Shown here in pieces: positions 9,754 to 20,560 of a stretch of DNA of 64,000 nt. How positions within the stretch are numbered: position 1 is the first letter of the stretch; each line of letters opens with the position of its first letter. Location: contig CAXVYR010000004.1 of NCBI GenBank assembly GCA_963666975.2, forward strand, positions 1,024,001 to 1,088,000, in the 5' to 3' direction. The position numbers and the translations under genes are program-made. The stretch comes from Terriglobia bacterium. Its GTDB lineage: Bacteria; Acidobacteriota; Terriglobia; 2-12-FULL-54-10. The notes beneath the pieces were generated by a model. The model was given only the letters and a program-made list of their open reading frames with translations, was not told the origin of the DNA and made no database searches.

Positions 9754-11172
9754 ATGCAGACAGAATGGATAACCCAACTCGCAAGCATCGTCGGCCCGGA
9801 AGCCGTGCTTCACCGGTCCGAAGACATGATGCTCTATGAGTACGACGGGTCGGTGGAGCGCGCCGCGCCGGAAGCCGCCGTATTCCCCACCACCACCGAC
9901 GAGGTCGTTCGTCTGGTGCGCTGGGCCAACGAAAAAAATCTTCCCATTGTGGCGCGAGGCGCAGGAACCGGTTTGAGCGGCGGCGCAGTCGCCGTCGAGG
10001 GCGGGCTGATCCTGGGCTTCTCGCGCATGAAGAAGATCGTCGAGATCGACACCGACAACCAGCGGGCCGTGGTGCAACCGGGCGTCGTCAACCTGGACCT
10101 CTCACTCGCCGTCGCCGCCAGCGGCTACTACTATGCGCCCGACCCCTCCAGCCAGAAGGCCTGCACGCTCGGCGGCAACGTGGCGGAAAATTCCGGCGGA
10201 CCTCACACGCTCGCCTGCGGCGTCACCACCAACCACGTCCTGGGCCTGGAGGTCGTGATGCCCGACGGCCAGTTGCTGCACACTGGCGGCAAAGTGGCCG
10301 ACTCGCCCGGCTACGACCTGACCGGCCTGTTGGTCGGCTCGGAAGGGACGCTCGGCATCGTCACCGAGATCACGGTGCGGCTGATCCGGCTGCCCGAGGC
10401 GGTGAAGACGCTGCTGGCCATCTTCGAGACCGTGGACGACGCCACCGAGACGGTGGCCGAGATCACGTCGCGCGCCATCACGCCCGCAGCCCTGGAGATG
10501 ATGGACCAGTTGACGCTTCAGGCGGTGGAGACGGCCACGAAGGCCGGCTATCCCCGTGACGCCGCCGCCGTGCTGCTGATCGAACTGGAAGGGCTTTCCG
10601 AAGAAGTGGATGTTCAGGCCACCCAAATCGGCGAAGTCTGCCGGAACCACGCCGCCCGCGAGGTGCGCCTGGCACAGTCAGAAGCGGAACGGCAGCTATT
10701 GTGGGCGGGACGCAAAAACGCCTTCGGGGCCATGGGCCGCATCTCGCCCAGCTTTTATGTCCAGGACGGCGTCATCCCGCGCACGCGCATCCCTGAGACG
10801 CTGCGCTTTATTCAGCAGGTGGGCGAGCGATTACAGCTGAAAATCGCCAACGTCTTCCATGCAGGGGACGGCAACATGCATCCGCTGATCCTGTTCGACG
10901 CGCGCGACCGGCAGCAGTACCAACGAGTGGTCCAAGCGGGCTCGGAGATACTCGCCTTCTGCGTCGAGCTGGGCGGCTCCATCACGGGAGAGCATGGCGT
11001 GGGCACGGAAAAAAATAACCTGATGCCGCTGCTGTTTACCGAGGACGATTTGACCGCCATGAGACAGCTTAAAACGGTCTTCAACCCGAGCGGGCGGCTG
11101 AACCCGTCCAAAATGTTTCCGACCTCCAAAGGGTGCGGCGAAATTCGCATCCGCCATCAGGTCGGGCGTTGA
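9754..11172 (+). CDS. glcD: Glycolate oxidase subunit D
   Basis: RGAGTGLSGG, PDPSS, GSEGTLG, FHAGDGN, GEHGVG; first gene of a D-E-F cluster. Confidence 0.92.
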   Translation: MQTEWITQLASIVGPEAVLHRSEDMMLYEYDGSVERAAPEAAVFPTTTDEVVRLVRWANEKNLPIVARGAGTGLSGGAVAVEGGLILGFSRMKKIVEIDTDNQRAVVQPGVVNLDLSLAVAASGYYYAPDPSSQKACTLGGNVAENSGGPHTLACGVTTNHVLGLEVVMPDGQLLHTGGKVADSPGYDLTGLLVGSEGTLGIVTEITVRLIRLPEAVKTLLAIFETVDDATETVAEITSRAITPAALEMMDQLTLQAVETATKAGYPRDAAAVLLIELEGLSEEVDVQATQIGEVCRNHAAREVRLAQSEAERQLLWAGRKNAFGAMGRISPSFYVQDGVIPRTRIPETLRFIQQVGERLQLKIANVFHAGDGNMHPLILFDARDRQQYQRVVQAGSEILAFCVELGGSITGEHGVGTEKNNLMPLLFTEDDLTAMRQLKTVFNPSGRLNPSKMFPTSKGCGEIRIRHQVGR

Positions 11173-11215
11173 CGACAGCAACACTGACGACAACAACAGT
11201 GACAACGGCGGACAG
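11170..11215. repeat. About 3 x 15-bp tandem repeat beginning at the glcD TGA stop
   Basis: TGACGACAGCAACAC / TGACGACAACAACAG / TGACAACGGCGGACA. Confidence 0.75.
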
Positions 11216-11263
11216 GATCGAGTCTATTTTTGTTTTCTTGGACTGAACTGGAGAACTTGCCTC

Positions 11264-12625
11264 GTGCAACAAGAATCCTACCGCAAGCGGCTGGCTGAGA
11301 TCGTCGGGGATGAGCATCTCACCTTCGACACCGAATTTCTGCGGGAGCGCGGCTGGGAAGGTCCCCTGCCTCAAGCCATCGTGCATCCTCACAGCCCGGA
11401 GCAAGTCGCCGAGGTCATGAAGCTAGCCTGTGCCGAACGGCTGAAGGTATCGCCCGCCGGAGCTTTGACCAAACAGCGTATGGGCGGAGTTCCCCGGCAG
11501 ATCGATTTGATTCTCTCGCTCGACCGTCTGAACCGCGTCACTGACTATCAGCCAGCCGATTTAACGGTTACCGTCCAGGCCGGACTTCCAATCCGCGAGT
11601 TGGATGCCGCGTTGCGCGCCCAAGGACAGATGCTGCCGTTCGATGCGCCGTTCGCTGCCCAGGCGACCGTCGGCGGCGTGCTGGCCACTAACGGGAGCGG
11701 GGCACGGCGGCTGAAGTATGGGACCTCCCGCGACATGCTGCTCGGTGTCCGCTTTGTCACGGCTGAGGGGAAGCTGGTGAAAAGCGGTGGCAAGGTGGTC
11801 AAAAACGTGGCGGGCTACGATATGGGGAAAATGCTGCTCGGGTCTTTCGGCACCCTGGGCGTCATCAGGGAGGTCACCTTCAAGGTCTTCCCTGTTCCGC
11901 CCTCCAGCGTGACTCTCCTGCTAGGGTTCACCACGGCCCGGCAGGCATTGCAGGCGCGACACCGCATCCTGAATTCCCCGTTCGCCCCGCAGGCCCTGGA
12001 TTTGGTGGACGCCGCGGCCGGTTCGCTCATGGGGGAGCCGGTTTTGTCCGCTGCTCCCTTTACCCTGCTGGTGGCGATGGCAGGGCCGGAGCCGGTGATT
12101 GAGCGGGCACGCCGCGAGCTGCCCCCGCTGGTTCGCCCTGATGGAGGGGAAAGGCATTCAGAGCTTGCGGCCGAGGCCGAGATGAACCTGTGGAGAAAAA
12201 TCCAGGAACTTACCCCCACCGTCCTTCGCGCCCATCCGGAAGCCACGGTCGTAAAGGCTTCGGTCTTGCTCTCCCACATCGGCGACATGATGGAACAAGC
12301 GCGACAATCTACATCCCGCAACGGCATGGCGCTTGCTACGCTGGCGCGCGCGGGCACGGGCGTTGTGTACTGTTATTTGTTGCCACAGCCCAAAACCAAT
12401 GGCGTCTCCCAGGCCGAACACACGGCCAAGGCCTGCGAGGATATTCTGAATGAGACGGACCGGCTCGGGGGCCGCGCCGTTGTAGAATGGGCTCCCCCCG
12501 AAGTAAAAGGTAAAGCGAACCTGTGGGGACCGCTCCGTGACGACTTCCCTGTGATGCAGCGGTTGAAGGCGCAGTTTGACCCGCAGACGATTCTGAACCC
12601 CGGCCGGTTCTATGGGGGAATATGA
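11264..12625 (+). CDS. glcE: Glycolate oxidase FAD subunit E
   Basis: GGKVVKNVAGYD, GSFGTLG, FDPQTILNPG. Confidence 0.92.
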   Translation: MQQESYRKRLAEIVGDEHLTFDTEFLRERGWEGPLPQAIVHPHSPEQVAEVMKLACAERLKVSPAGALTKQRMGGVPRQIDLILSLDRLNRVTDYQPADLTVTVQAGLPIRELDAALRAQGQMLPFDAPFAAQATVGGVLATNGSGARRLKYGTSRDMLLGVRFVTAEGKLVKSGGKVVKNVAGYDMGKMLLGSFGTLGVIREVTFKVFPVPPSSVTLLLGFTTARQALQARHRILNSPFAPQALDLVDAAAGSLMGEPVLSAAPFTLLVAMAGPEPVIERARRELPPLVRPDGGERHSELAAEAEMNLWRKIQELTPTVLRAHPEATVVKASVLLSHIGDMMEQARQSTSRNGMALATLARAGTGVVYCYLLPQPKTNGVSQAEHTAKACEDILNETDRLGGRAVVEWAPPEVKGKANLWGPLRDDFPVMQRLKAQFDPQTILNPGRFYGGI

Positions 12626-13988
12626 GGGGAACATTGCATTGAGCGCTCCGAAATTTCCCATCTCCCTTTCCGATGATTCCCAGCCAACGGAGTCGCGCAC
12701 AGAAGCGCCCAGCGGCTTTTCTGCCATCGACCGGCCCGAACGGGAAGATTATTCCCGCTGCATCCGCTGCGGCCTTTGCCTGAACGCATGTCCCACCTAC
12801 CGGGAGCTGGGCGTGGAGATGGACTCGCCGCGCGGGCGCATCTATCAAATGGTTCAGGTGGACGAGGGCCGCCTCCCGCTGGGGGAGAGCTTTGTCCGCC
12901 ACATCGACCTGTGCCTGGATTGCCGCGCCTGCGAGACGGCATGCCCCTCCGGGGTGGAATACGGGAAGCTGGTGGAGGCGGCGCGGGCGCAGATCGAGCA
13001 GCACTACCGGCGGCCACTGCTCGAACGCGCGCTGCGGCGGCTGGCCTTCTATCATTTAATCTCAAAGCCCTCCAACCTGAAACTCGCGGGGTTTCTGCTG
13101 CGCTGCTACCAGGCGTCCGGCTTGCAGAAGTTGGTGCGGCGGAGCGGCCTGCTCAAACCGTTTGGCCGCTTGGGGGCGCTGGAAGAACTGACGCCGCAGA
13201 TCGAATCCCCCACGTTTTTCCCGCAGATCGGCAAGGTGTTCCCGGCGCGCGGGCAACGGCGCTACCGCGTGGGCCTCCATGCGGGCTGCATCGCCAACCT
13301 GGCCTTTGCCCGCTTGCAGGAGGCCACGATTCGCGTCCTGCAGGAGAACGGTTGCGAGGTGGTCGTTCCCGCTGGACAGATATGCTGCGGGGCCTTGCCG
13401 GCGCACGCCGGGCTGCGCGAGCTGGCCCGCGATCTGGCGCGCCGGAATATTGAAGCGTTCTCGAAAGAACCGTTCGACGCCGTCCTGACCAACGCCGCCG
13501 GTTGCGGGTCAACATTGAAGGAGTACGACCACCTGCTCCACGGCGACACGGCATGGGCGGAGAAAGCCGCAGGGTTCGTAAGCAAGATGAAAGACGTCAC
13601 CGAGTTTCTTGTCGAGATCGGGCTGGTGCAGAAGATGCGCCCGTTTGCTGCGACGGTCACCTATCAAGACTCCTGCCACTTGGCGCACGGACAAAAGGTC
13701 CGCAAGCCGCCGAGGACGCTGCTCGAGGCTGTGCCGGGGTTGCGGTTTGTGGAGATGCCGCTATCGGACATTTGTTGCGGCAGCGCTGGAATTTATAACA
13801 TCACGCAAACAAAACTCTCTATGCAGTTGCTCGAAAAGAAAATGGAGGCGGTGAACAGCACCGGCGCCGAGATCGTCGCCACGGCCAATCCAGGCTGCAT
13901 CCTGCAACTGCGCGCCGGGGCAAAGCTTTATGGGAACGGGCAGCAGGTACTGCACGTGGTGGAGTTGCTGGACCGGGCGCGGGGGTAG
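12612..13988 (+). CDS. glcF: Glycolate oxidase Fe-S subunit F
   Basis: Two CxxCxxCxxxCP motifs, CCG domains, YQDSCHLAH. Confidence 0.92.
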   Translation: MGEYEGNIALSAPKFPISLSDDSQPTESRTEAPSGFSAIDRPEREDYSRCIRCGLCLNACPTYRELGVEMDSPRGRIYQMVQVDEGRLPLGESFVRHIDLCLDCRACETACPSGVEYGKLVEAARAQIEQHYRRPLLERALRRLAFYHLISKPSNLKLAGFLLRCYQASGLQKLVRRSGLLKPFGRLGALEELTPQIESPTFFPQIGKVFPARGQRRYRVGLHAGCIANLAFARLQEATIRVLQENGCEVVVPAGQICCGALPAHAGLRELARDLARRNIEAFSKEPFDAVLTNAAGCGSTLKEYDHLLHGDTAWAEKAAGFVSKMKDVTEFLVEIGLVQKMRPFAATVTYQDSCHLAHGQKVRKPPRTLLEAVPGLRFVEMPLSDICCGSAGIYNITQTKLSMQLLEKKMEAVNSTGAEIVATANPGCILQLRAGAKLYGNGQQVLHVVELLDRARG

Positions 13989-14047
13989 CCACGGCGAGTG
14001 AATTCCCTCGCCGTGGGCATTTTCCGAATTTACAAACCCACGGCTAG
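13985..14047. repeat. GTAG-type REP-like element (GTAGCCACGG...CCGTGG)
   Basis: Similar to 15050-15141; its GTAG overlaps the glcF stop. Confidence 0.75.
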
Positions 14048-14306
14048 AGAAATCGAGGCCCGCAGTCAACCGTTTGGCAGGATAGGAGACAGGAGGTTTT
14101 GAAACTGCCACCCTTGGGCCTGGGGTCCACTACCGCCGAGGTTATTCTGGATTGCGGGCTGTTCGGTTGTCAGGAGCCGGAGAGGATCACTCGGATCCCC
14201 CAATAGCAAAACTGCGTTGGTAGGAGCCAGTTTGAAGGAAGATACATATATACTTTCGACTGCCGGAGGGCCCCAAAATTATTCCGGATAAGATGAGAGG
14301 AAGGCT

Positions 14307-14951
14307 ATGAGCGCAGACAAATCTCCGAAACCGACTATCACTCCAGCCGGGAACGGGCCCTACGTTGTGAAGGGTCTGGAAAACCTGCGCAACTCCAGAG
14401 GCGAAAAACTTCAAACCAAAGAGGCCTTCGCTCTGTGCCGATGTGGGGCTTCAGCCAATAAGCCCTATTGTGACGGCGCCCACTCGAAGATCGGTTTTTC
14501 CGATGACAAGCTCGAAGGCAGGGTGGGGGACAAACGAGAAAGCTTCGCAGGCGCCGAGGTGACCGTCCACGACAATCGGGGCATTTGCGCCCATGCCGGT
14601 GTTTGTACCGACGGGCTTCCGAAGGTCTTTCAGTTGAGGCAGGAACCGTGGATCGACCCCCATGGCGCCTCCGCCGACCAGATCATCGCCACCGTCAAGA
14701 AATGCCCCTCTGGGGCTTTGAGCTATTCAATCGGCGGTGTTGAGCAGCGGGACCAAGATCGGGAACCGACCATCACTGTGGCTAAGGACGGTCCCTATGT
14801 TGTGACGGGGAGACCGGATTTTGCTGGCGTAGGGTGGGCCGAAGGAGCGTCCCAAGAACACTATACACTTTGTCGATGCGGAGCGTCCCAGAACAAGCCT
14901 TTTTGCGACGGCACCCACTGGTCCATCAAGTTCAGCGACGAAAAGAACTGA
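14307..14951 (+). CDS. CDGSH iron-sulfur protein (two CDGSH domains flanking a divergent Fe-S domain)
   Basis: LCRCGASANKPYCDGAH and LCRCGASQNKPFCDGTH; central CAHAGVC...CPSGAL. Confidence 0.93.
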   Translation: MSADKSPKPTITPAGNGPYVVKGLENLRNSRGEKLQTKEAFALCRCGASANKPYCDGAHSKIGFSDDKLEGRVGDKRESFAGAEVTVHDNRGICAHAGVCTDGLPKVFQLRQEPWIDPHGASADQIIATVKKCPSGALSYSIGGVEQRDQDREPTITVAKDGPYVVTGRPDFAGVGWAEGASQEHYTLCRCGASQNKPFCDGTHWSIKFSDEKN

Positions 14952-15049
14952 CACGTTGGGATGGCGCACACCTTCCCCCGTCTGCGTGCCAACCGGGAAT
15001 TGCTCGGTAATATTTACGTCGAACAGCCACTTCCCCAACATATAGCGGG

Positions 15050-15141
15050 GTAGCCACGGTGAGCGTTTTTTCTCGCCGTGGGCATTTCGGCGGCGTTTAC
15101 AAACCCACGGCAAATTTGCAATTCAAATTTGCCGTGGCTAC
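15050..15141. repeat. REPIN-like doublet GTAGCCACGG...CCGTGGCTAC
   Basis: Two hairpins with inverted GTAG/CTAC ends. Confidence 0.8.
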
Positions 15142-15248
15142 CGCTGCCAGCCAAAGCAAGGACGATTGGCGCTGGCTCGGAATCCGGGTAAACTGAATGT
15201 TGAGTTTTTTGCCGCCCTAACCGGCCCAACCGGAAAGCTCCCGACAAC

Positions 15249-16802
15249 ATGGAAACTGCCACCGGCATTGTCATCCTGGATTTTGGTTCGCAGTACACGC
15301 AACTGATTGCGCGCCGCATCCGGCAGCACCACGTCCGCAGCACGATTGTTCCCTGCACCATCAGCCCGAAGGATTTGGGCAAGCTCCGCCCCGCCGGCAT
15401 CATCCTTTCCGGCGGCCCTAGCTCGGTCTTTGACGACGACGCGCCGCGCTCCGACCCGGCCATCCTGAAGATGGGAACGCCGGTTCTCGGCATCTGCTAC
15501 GGACTCCAGTTGATCTCTCATCAGTTGGGCGGCACGGTGCGCCCCGCGCCGCACAGGGAGTACGGGCGCGCACAGCTTGAGATCATCGTCGGCTCAGGTG
15601 GCTCGGACAGCTCGCGCCTGTTCCGCTCCCTGCCTTCGCCGCTGCCGGTGTGGAACAGCCACGGGGACCAGATCGTAAAGCTGCCGCCCGGATTCCGCCA
15701 GACGGGCCGGACCGAAACCGCCGTGGCGGCCATCGAAGACCCGGAGCGGCGCATCTACGCGCTGCAGTTCCATCCCGAGGTCCACCACACCGCGCGCGGG
15801 AACGAAATCCTGGCCAACTTCCTTTTTGAAATCTGCCAGGCTCCGGCTGACTGGACCCCGAAGTCGTTCATCGAGCAGACGGTCGCCTCCACACGCGAAA
15901 CCGTGAGCGAGGGGCGGGCGCTCTGCGCTTTGAGCGGAGGCGTCGATTCCACCGTTGCCGCGATGCTGGTCCACCGGGCCATCGGCGACCGCTTGCATTG
16001 CATCTTCGTGGACAATGGAGTGCTGCGGCAGAATGAGTTCTCCAGAGTTTCCGCCATGCTGCGCCGCCTGGGGCTGAACGTGACGGGGGTGGATGCCTCC
16101 GAGCGCTTCCTCCGGAAGCTCGAGGGCGTTACCGACCCGGAAGAAAAACGCCGCATCATCGGGAACGAATTTATTCATGTGTTCGAGGAACAGAGCACCC
16201 GGCTGGGCGAGGTGGAGTATTTAGTCCAGGGAACGCTCTACCCCGACGTGATCGAATCGGTCTCGGTGCGCGGGCCTTCGGCCACCATCAAGACGCATCA
16301 CAACGTGGGCGGCCTGCCCGAAACCATGAAGCTCCGCCTGCTGGAGCCCTTGCGGGAGCTGTTCAAAGATGAAGTGCGCCGCGTGGGAGCCGATCTGGGA
16401 CTCGACCCGGAGATCCTGAACCGCCAGCCGTTTCCCGGTCCGGGGCTGGCCGTGCGCATCCTGGGAGAGGTGACCCGCGAACGGTTGGAAATGCTGCGGG
16501 CGGCCGATGAGATCGTGGACGAGGAAATTCGCGAGGCGTCATTGTACGAAAGCATCTGGCAGTCGTTTGCCGTGCTGCTGCCGATCCGCAGCGTGGGAGT
16601 GATGGGCGACCAGCGAACCTACGGCTACACCGCCGCCATTCGTGCGGTGCATTCCGAAGACGCCATGACGGCCGACTGGGTCAAGCTGCCGTACGAGGTG
16701 CTGGCGCGGATTTCCAACCGCATTGTGAACGAGGTCCAGGGCGTCAACCGCGTCGTCTACGACATCTCCTCGAAACCCCCCAGCACCATCGAGTGGGAAT
16801 AA
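15249..16802 (+). CDS. guaA: GMP synthase
   Basis: [40 protein letters not shown]. Confidence 0.98.
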   Translation: METATGIVILDFGSQYTQLIARRIRQHHVRSTIVPCTISPKDLGKLRPAGIILSGGPSSVFDDDAPRSDPAILKMGTPVLGICYGLQLISHQLGGTVRPAPHREYGRAQLEIIVGSGGSDSSRLFRSLPSPLPVWNSHGDQIVKLPPGFRQTGRTETAVAAIEDPERRIYALQFHPEVHHTARGNEILANFLFEICQAPADWTPKSFIEQTVASTRETVSEGRALCALSGGVDSTVAAMLVHRAIGDRLHCIFVDNGVLRQNEFSRVSAMLRRLGLNVTGVDASERFLRKLEGVTDPEEKRRIIGNEFIHVFEEQSTRLGEVEYLVQGTLYPDVIESVSVRGPSATIKTHHNVGGLPETMKLRLLEPLRELFKDEVRRVGADLGLDPEILNRQPFPGPGLAVRILGEVTRERLEMLRAADEIVDEEIREASLYESIWQSFAVLLPIRSVGVMGDQRTYGYTAAIRAVHSEDAMTADWVKLPYEVLARISNRIVNEVQGVNRVVYDISSKPPSTIEWE

Positions 16803-16955
16803 CCGGAGCCGACGAGACGGCGGCGTGCTTCTGGTCCATTTACTTCCGCTGTGGATGTGATTGATCTTAATTGATCTCATCGGGCACGTTTCGTTAGACT
16901 GGAGTTCAGATTTGACGCCCTGCCCGGCGAGCGGGCTTAGGTTTGAGGCAAGCGT

Positions 16956-17423
16956 ATGGCATCCATTCTCGGCGGCATTGTGGAAACGGCGGTGGCGCTG
17001 GCCTCCGGCTTCAAGGTCACCTTTCGGCAGATGTTCCGTCCCACGGTCACGGAGAACTACCCGGACGAGCCGCCGAACTTTCAGAATCGCTTTCGGGGCC
17101 TGCACGTTTTGCAGCGGGACGAGGCGGGCCTGGAAAAGTGCGTAGCCTGCTTCCTGTGCTCGGCGGCCTGCCCGTCCAATTGCATCTACATCGAAGCGGC
17201 CGACAACACCGCCGAGCAACAGATCAGCGCCGGAGAGCGCTACGCCGATGTATATAACATCGACTACAACCGCTGCATTTTTTGCGGCTACTGCGTGGAG
17301 GCTTGCCCCACCGACGCCATCACCCACGGGCACGAATTTGAACTCGCCAGTTACAACGTCACCGACCTGATCTATCGCAAAGAACGGCTGCTAGCCAAGC
17401 AACCGCAGGCGGCGGAGCGTTGA
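16956..17423 (+). CDS. nuoI: NADH-quinone oxidoreductase subunit I (stand-alone)
   Basis: FRGLHVL, CVACFLCSAACP, CIFCGYCVEACP. Confidence 0.92.
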   Translation: MASILGGIVETAVALASGFKVTFRQMFRPTVTENYPDEPPNFQNRFRGLHVLQRDEAGLEKCVACFLCSAACPSNCIYIEAADNTAEQQISAGERYADVYNIDYNRCIFCGYCVEACPTDAITHGHEFELASYNVTDLIYRKERLLAKQPQAAER

Positions 17424-17487
17424 GCAGGCCCGCAATCCGCGCGGTTTTGAGCTTTCAGGCCACCGCCTGCAAACACAAGGAAAATCC

Positions 17488-17994
17488 GTGAAGATTCCGG
17501 TTGAGATCACCGTCAACGGCACACGGCATTGCTCGGAGGTGGAGCCCCGCCTGTTGCTGGTTCACTACCTGCGCGATGTGCTGGATTTGACCGGCACGCA
17601 CGTCGGCTGCGAGACGGGCTTGTGCGGCGCCTGCACGGTTCTTTTGGACGGAGAAGCCGTCAAGTCCTGCATGATGCTGGCGGTGCAGGCCAACGGCCGC
17701 GCCGTCGAAACCGTCGAGGGGTTGTCGGTGGAAGGCGAATTGGACGCGGTGCAGCGCGGATTCCGGGAGGAACACGGCCTGCAATGCGGCTTCTGCACTC
17801 CCGGCATGCTGATGGCCGCCCACGACCTGCTCCGCCGTTCGCCCCAACCCACGACCGAGGAAATCCAGCGCGCGATCAACGGCAATCTCTGCCGCTGCAC
17901 CGGATACCAAACCATCGTGAAAGCCATCCAGAACGCGGGCAAGCAGATGAGGGCGGGCAAGCCTTCTGCGGCCTCCTCGCGGGGAAGGAGATAG
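17488..17994 (+). CDS. coxS: Molybdo-hydroxylase 2Fe-2S small subunit (CoxS-like)
   Basis: GCETGLCGACT, QCGFCTPG, GNLCRCTGY. Confidence 0.9.
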   Translation: MKIPVEITVNGTRHCSEVEPRLLLVHYLRDVLDLTGTHVGCETGLCGACTVLLDGEAVKSCMMLAVQANGRAVETVEGLSVEGELDAVQRGFREEHGLQCGFCTPGMLMAAHDLLRRSPQPTTEEIQRAINGNLCRCTGYQTIVKAIQNAGKQMRAGKPSAASSRGRR

Positions 17995-17998
17995 CCCC

Positions 17999-20344
17999 AT
18001 GTCGCAGGCGAAATATGTCGGACAGAAAGTGCTGCGGAAGGAAGACCCTCGGCTGCTGACCGGAAAAGGCGCCTACGTGGATGACGTTCACCTTCCCCAT
18101 ACGGCCCACATGGCGCTGTTGCGCAGCCCCCATGCCCACGCCCGCATCCTGCGTTTGGACGTCTCCCGCGCTCGCGCTCTCGAAGGGGTTCTGGATATCG
18201 TGACCGGGCCCGACATCCGCGGCAAGCTTGGGAAGATTCCCTCGGCGGTGGCCCTTCCCGATCTGCGCGTTCCGGACCACTATCTGCTGGCCATCGACCG
18301 CGTGCGCTATGTGGGCGAGCCTGTGGCGGCGGTGGTGGCCGAGAACGCCTATATCGCCAGGGACGCGCTCGATTTGATCGAGGCGGACTACGAGCCGTTG
18401 CCCGTGGTGACGGACCCGGAAAAGGCCCTCGAACCCGGCTCACCGGTGATCCATGAACAGTGGGACAGTAACATCGCCGGCACCTACAAGCTGGAGTCGG
18501 GCGACGTGAAGCGCGCTTTCCGCGAGGCGGACCGGGTAGTGAAGATCCGTCTGGTCAACCAGCGCCTTTCTCCCGCCCCCTTGGAAGGCCGCGCCGTCCA
18601 GGCCAGCTACCAGCAGGGGGAAAAACTGCTGACCGTCTGGGCCGCCACCCAGGGACCCCACTCCCAGCGGGCTCGCATCGCGAGGTTGCTTCGCATACCC
18701 GAAGACCGGGTTCGGGTCATCACCATCGACGTGGGCGGCAGCTTCGGGAGCAAGATGAATGTTTTTCCCGAAGACGGGCTGGCGCCCTTTCTGGCGATGC
18801 GGCTGGGGCGTCCCGTCAAGTGGATCGAAACCCGGCGCGAAAGCCTGCTCGCCACCTTCCATGGCCGGGGTCAGATCAACTATGCCGAGCTGGCCCTCAA
18901 CCGCAAAGGCCGAATCCTGGGACTCAAGTGCCGCTCGGTCGCCGACGTGGGTGCTTACCTGCAAATGTTGACGGCGCTGATTCCTTCGACGACGGTCACC
19001 ATGGCGGTGGGATGCTACAAGATTCCCGCCGTCTCCATGGAGCTGACCGAGGTGTTCACCAACAAAATGTCCACCGACCTCTATCGCGGCGCGGGCCGTC
19101 CGGAAGCGACATACATTCTGGAGAGGGCCATCGACTCGGCAGCCGCCGAGCTGGGGCTCGACCCGGCGGTCGTCCGGAGCAGAAATTTCCCGAAACCTTC
19201 GGAGTTCCCTTACACCACGCCCACCGGCTTGGTTTATGACTCAGGCAATTATCAGCGCTCGCTGAAAAAAGCGCTCGCCCTGGCCGGCTACCAGAAGCTG
19301 CGCGAGCGGCAGAAACGGATGCGCAAGCAAGGGAGGCTGCTGGGCATCGGCATCGCCAGCTATGTCGAGATGTGCTCCATAGGGCCGGCCAGCGCCAGCC
19401 CCGCCGGAGGAGGCTGGGAGAGCGCCACCGTCCGTGTCAGTCCCTCCTGCAAGGTCACCGTCCTCACCGGCTCCTCTCCGCATGGACAAGGCGGTGAGAC
19501 CACCTTCGCCCAGATCGCAGCCGAGCAGCTTGCCGTGCCCTACGAGGACGTGACCGTGTTGCACGGCGACACGGCGGCCGGACCGCAGGGAACGGGAACG
19601 TTCGGCAGCCGGACAACCGCCGTGGGGGGAGCGGCCGTTTTCATGTCGGCGGAGAAGATCAAGGCAAAGATGCAAATCCTGGCGGCACACCTGCTGGGCG
19701 TCCGCCCCAAAAACGTCGTCTGGCGGAACGGGAAGCTCGTTTCCAAAACGAATCCCAGGAAGCTCAAGACGTTCCATGAAATTGTCCGGGCAGCCTACAT
19801 GGGTAAAAACCTGCCGCGTGGTATGGAGCCGGGTCTGGATGCCACAAGCTATTTCAGCCCCCCGAACTACACCTTTCCCTTCGGGGCGCACGTTTGCGTT
19901 GTCGAGATCGACACGGAGACGGGCGAGGTGAAGTTTGTAAAATACGTGGCCGTGGACGATTGCGGCAAGGTCATCAACCCATTGTTGGTCGAGGGCCAAG
20001 TGCAGGGAGGAATCGCTCAGGGGGTGGGGCAGGCCCTCTATGAGGAGACCGTTTACGATGAGAACGGGCAACTGCTGACCGGAAGCTTGATGGATTACGT
20101 CATGCCCAAAGCCACACAGGTTCCGCAGTACCTCTGCGACCGCACCGTGACGCCGACCGACGTGAATCCCCTGGGGGCCAAGGGCGTGGGCGAGGCCGGA
20201 ATCATCGGATCGACGCCTGCGGTGGTCAACGCCGTGGTCGATGCGCTGGCCCCTTATGGGGTCCGGAATCTGGATATGCCTTTGAAGCCGGAAAAAATTT
20301 GGAAGATTCTGCGGAGCAGCCGCGCGGGTGTTGCAGGCTGCTAG
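17999..20344 (+). CDS. Molybdo-hydroxylase large subunit (form-II CoxL-like)
   Basis: VGGSFGSK, LYRGAGRPE, FGSR, AKGVGE; S-L-M gene order. Confidence 0.9.
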   Translation: MSQAKYVGQKVLRKEDPRLLTGKGAYVDDVHLPHTAHMALLRSPHAHARILRLDVSRARALEGVLDIVTGPDIRGKLGKIPSAVALPDLRVPDHYLLAIDRVRYVGEPVAAVVAENAYIARDALDLIEADYEPLPVVTDPEKALEPGSPVIHEQWDSNIAGTYKLESGDVKRAFREADRVVKIRLVNQRLSPAPLEGRAVQASYQQGEKLLTVWAATQGPHSQRARIARLLRIPEDRVRVITIDVGGSFGSKMNVFPEDGLAPFLAMRLGRPVKWIETRRESLLATFHGRGQINYAELALNRKGRILGLKCRSVADVGAYLQMLTALIPSTTVTMAVGCYKIPAVSMELTEVFTNKMSTDLYRGAGRPEATYILERAIDSAAAELGLDPAVVRSRNFPKPSEFPYTTPTGLVYDSGNYQRSLKKALALAGYQKLRERQKRMRKQGRLLGIGIASYVEMCSIGPASASPAGGGWESATVRVSPSCKVTVLTGSSPHGQGGETTFAQIAAEQLAVPYEDVTVLHGDTAAGPQGTGTFGSRTTAVGGAAVFMSAEKIKAKMQILAAHLLGVRPKNVVWRNGKLVSKTNPRKLKTFHEIVRAAYMGKNLPRGMEPGLDATSYFSPPNYTFPFGAHVCVVEIDTETGEVKFVKYVAVDDCGKVINPLLVEGQVQGGIAQGVGQALYEETVYDENGQLLTGSLMDYVMPKATQVPQYLCDRTVTPTDVNPLGAKGVGEAGIIGSTPAVVNAVVDALAPYGVRNLDMPLKPEKIWKILRSSRAGVAGC

Positions 20345-20357
20345 TGCGAAGTGCTGG

Positions 20358-20394
20358 GTAGCCACGGCAAATCGGCGGTTTCAATTTGCCGTGG
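20358..20394. repeat. GTAG-type REP-like hairpin
   Basis: GTAGCCACGGCAAAT...ATTTGCCGTGG; degenerate inverted copy at 21440-21467. Confidence 0.7.
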
Positions 20395-20560
20395 GCCTGT
20401 AAATTTGGAAATGTTCCAAGACGATTTCTAAAGCGGCTTCACCATTCGTGGATAGTCTGAGCCGCGCGCGCGAGCAAGCGGGCACTTAAGCCGTTTTTTC
20501 AAACTGCCGGTGCGGAGTTGACGGAGAGGGAAAGCCGAAGAGGAAAACCGGAAAGGAAAT

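Noticed and set aside
15142-15248. Purine riboswitch upstream of guaA
   Set aside because: No consensus motif is visible; the nearby hairpins belong to the REP family.
16860-16879. FNR-like box upstream of nuoI
   Set aside because: It is a 10-bp direct repeat (ATTGATCTYA), not TTGAT-N4-ATCAA.
17999-20344. True aerobic (form I) CO dehydrogenase
   Set aside because: It lacks the Cu-binding AYxCSFR motif and the gene order is S-L-M.
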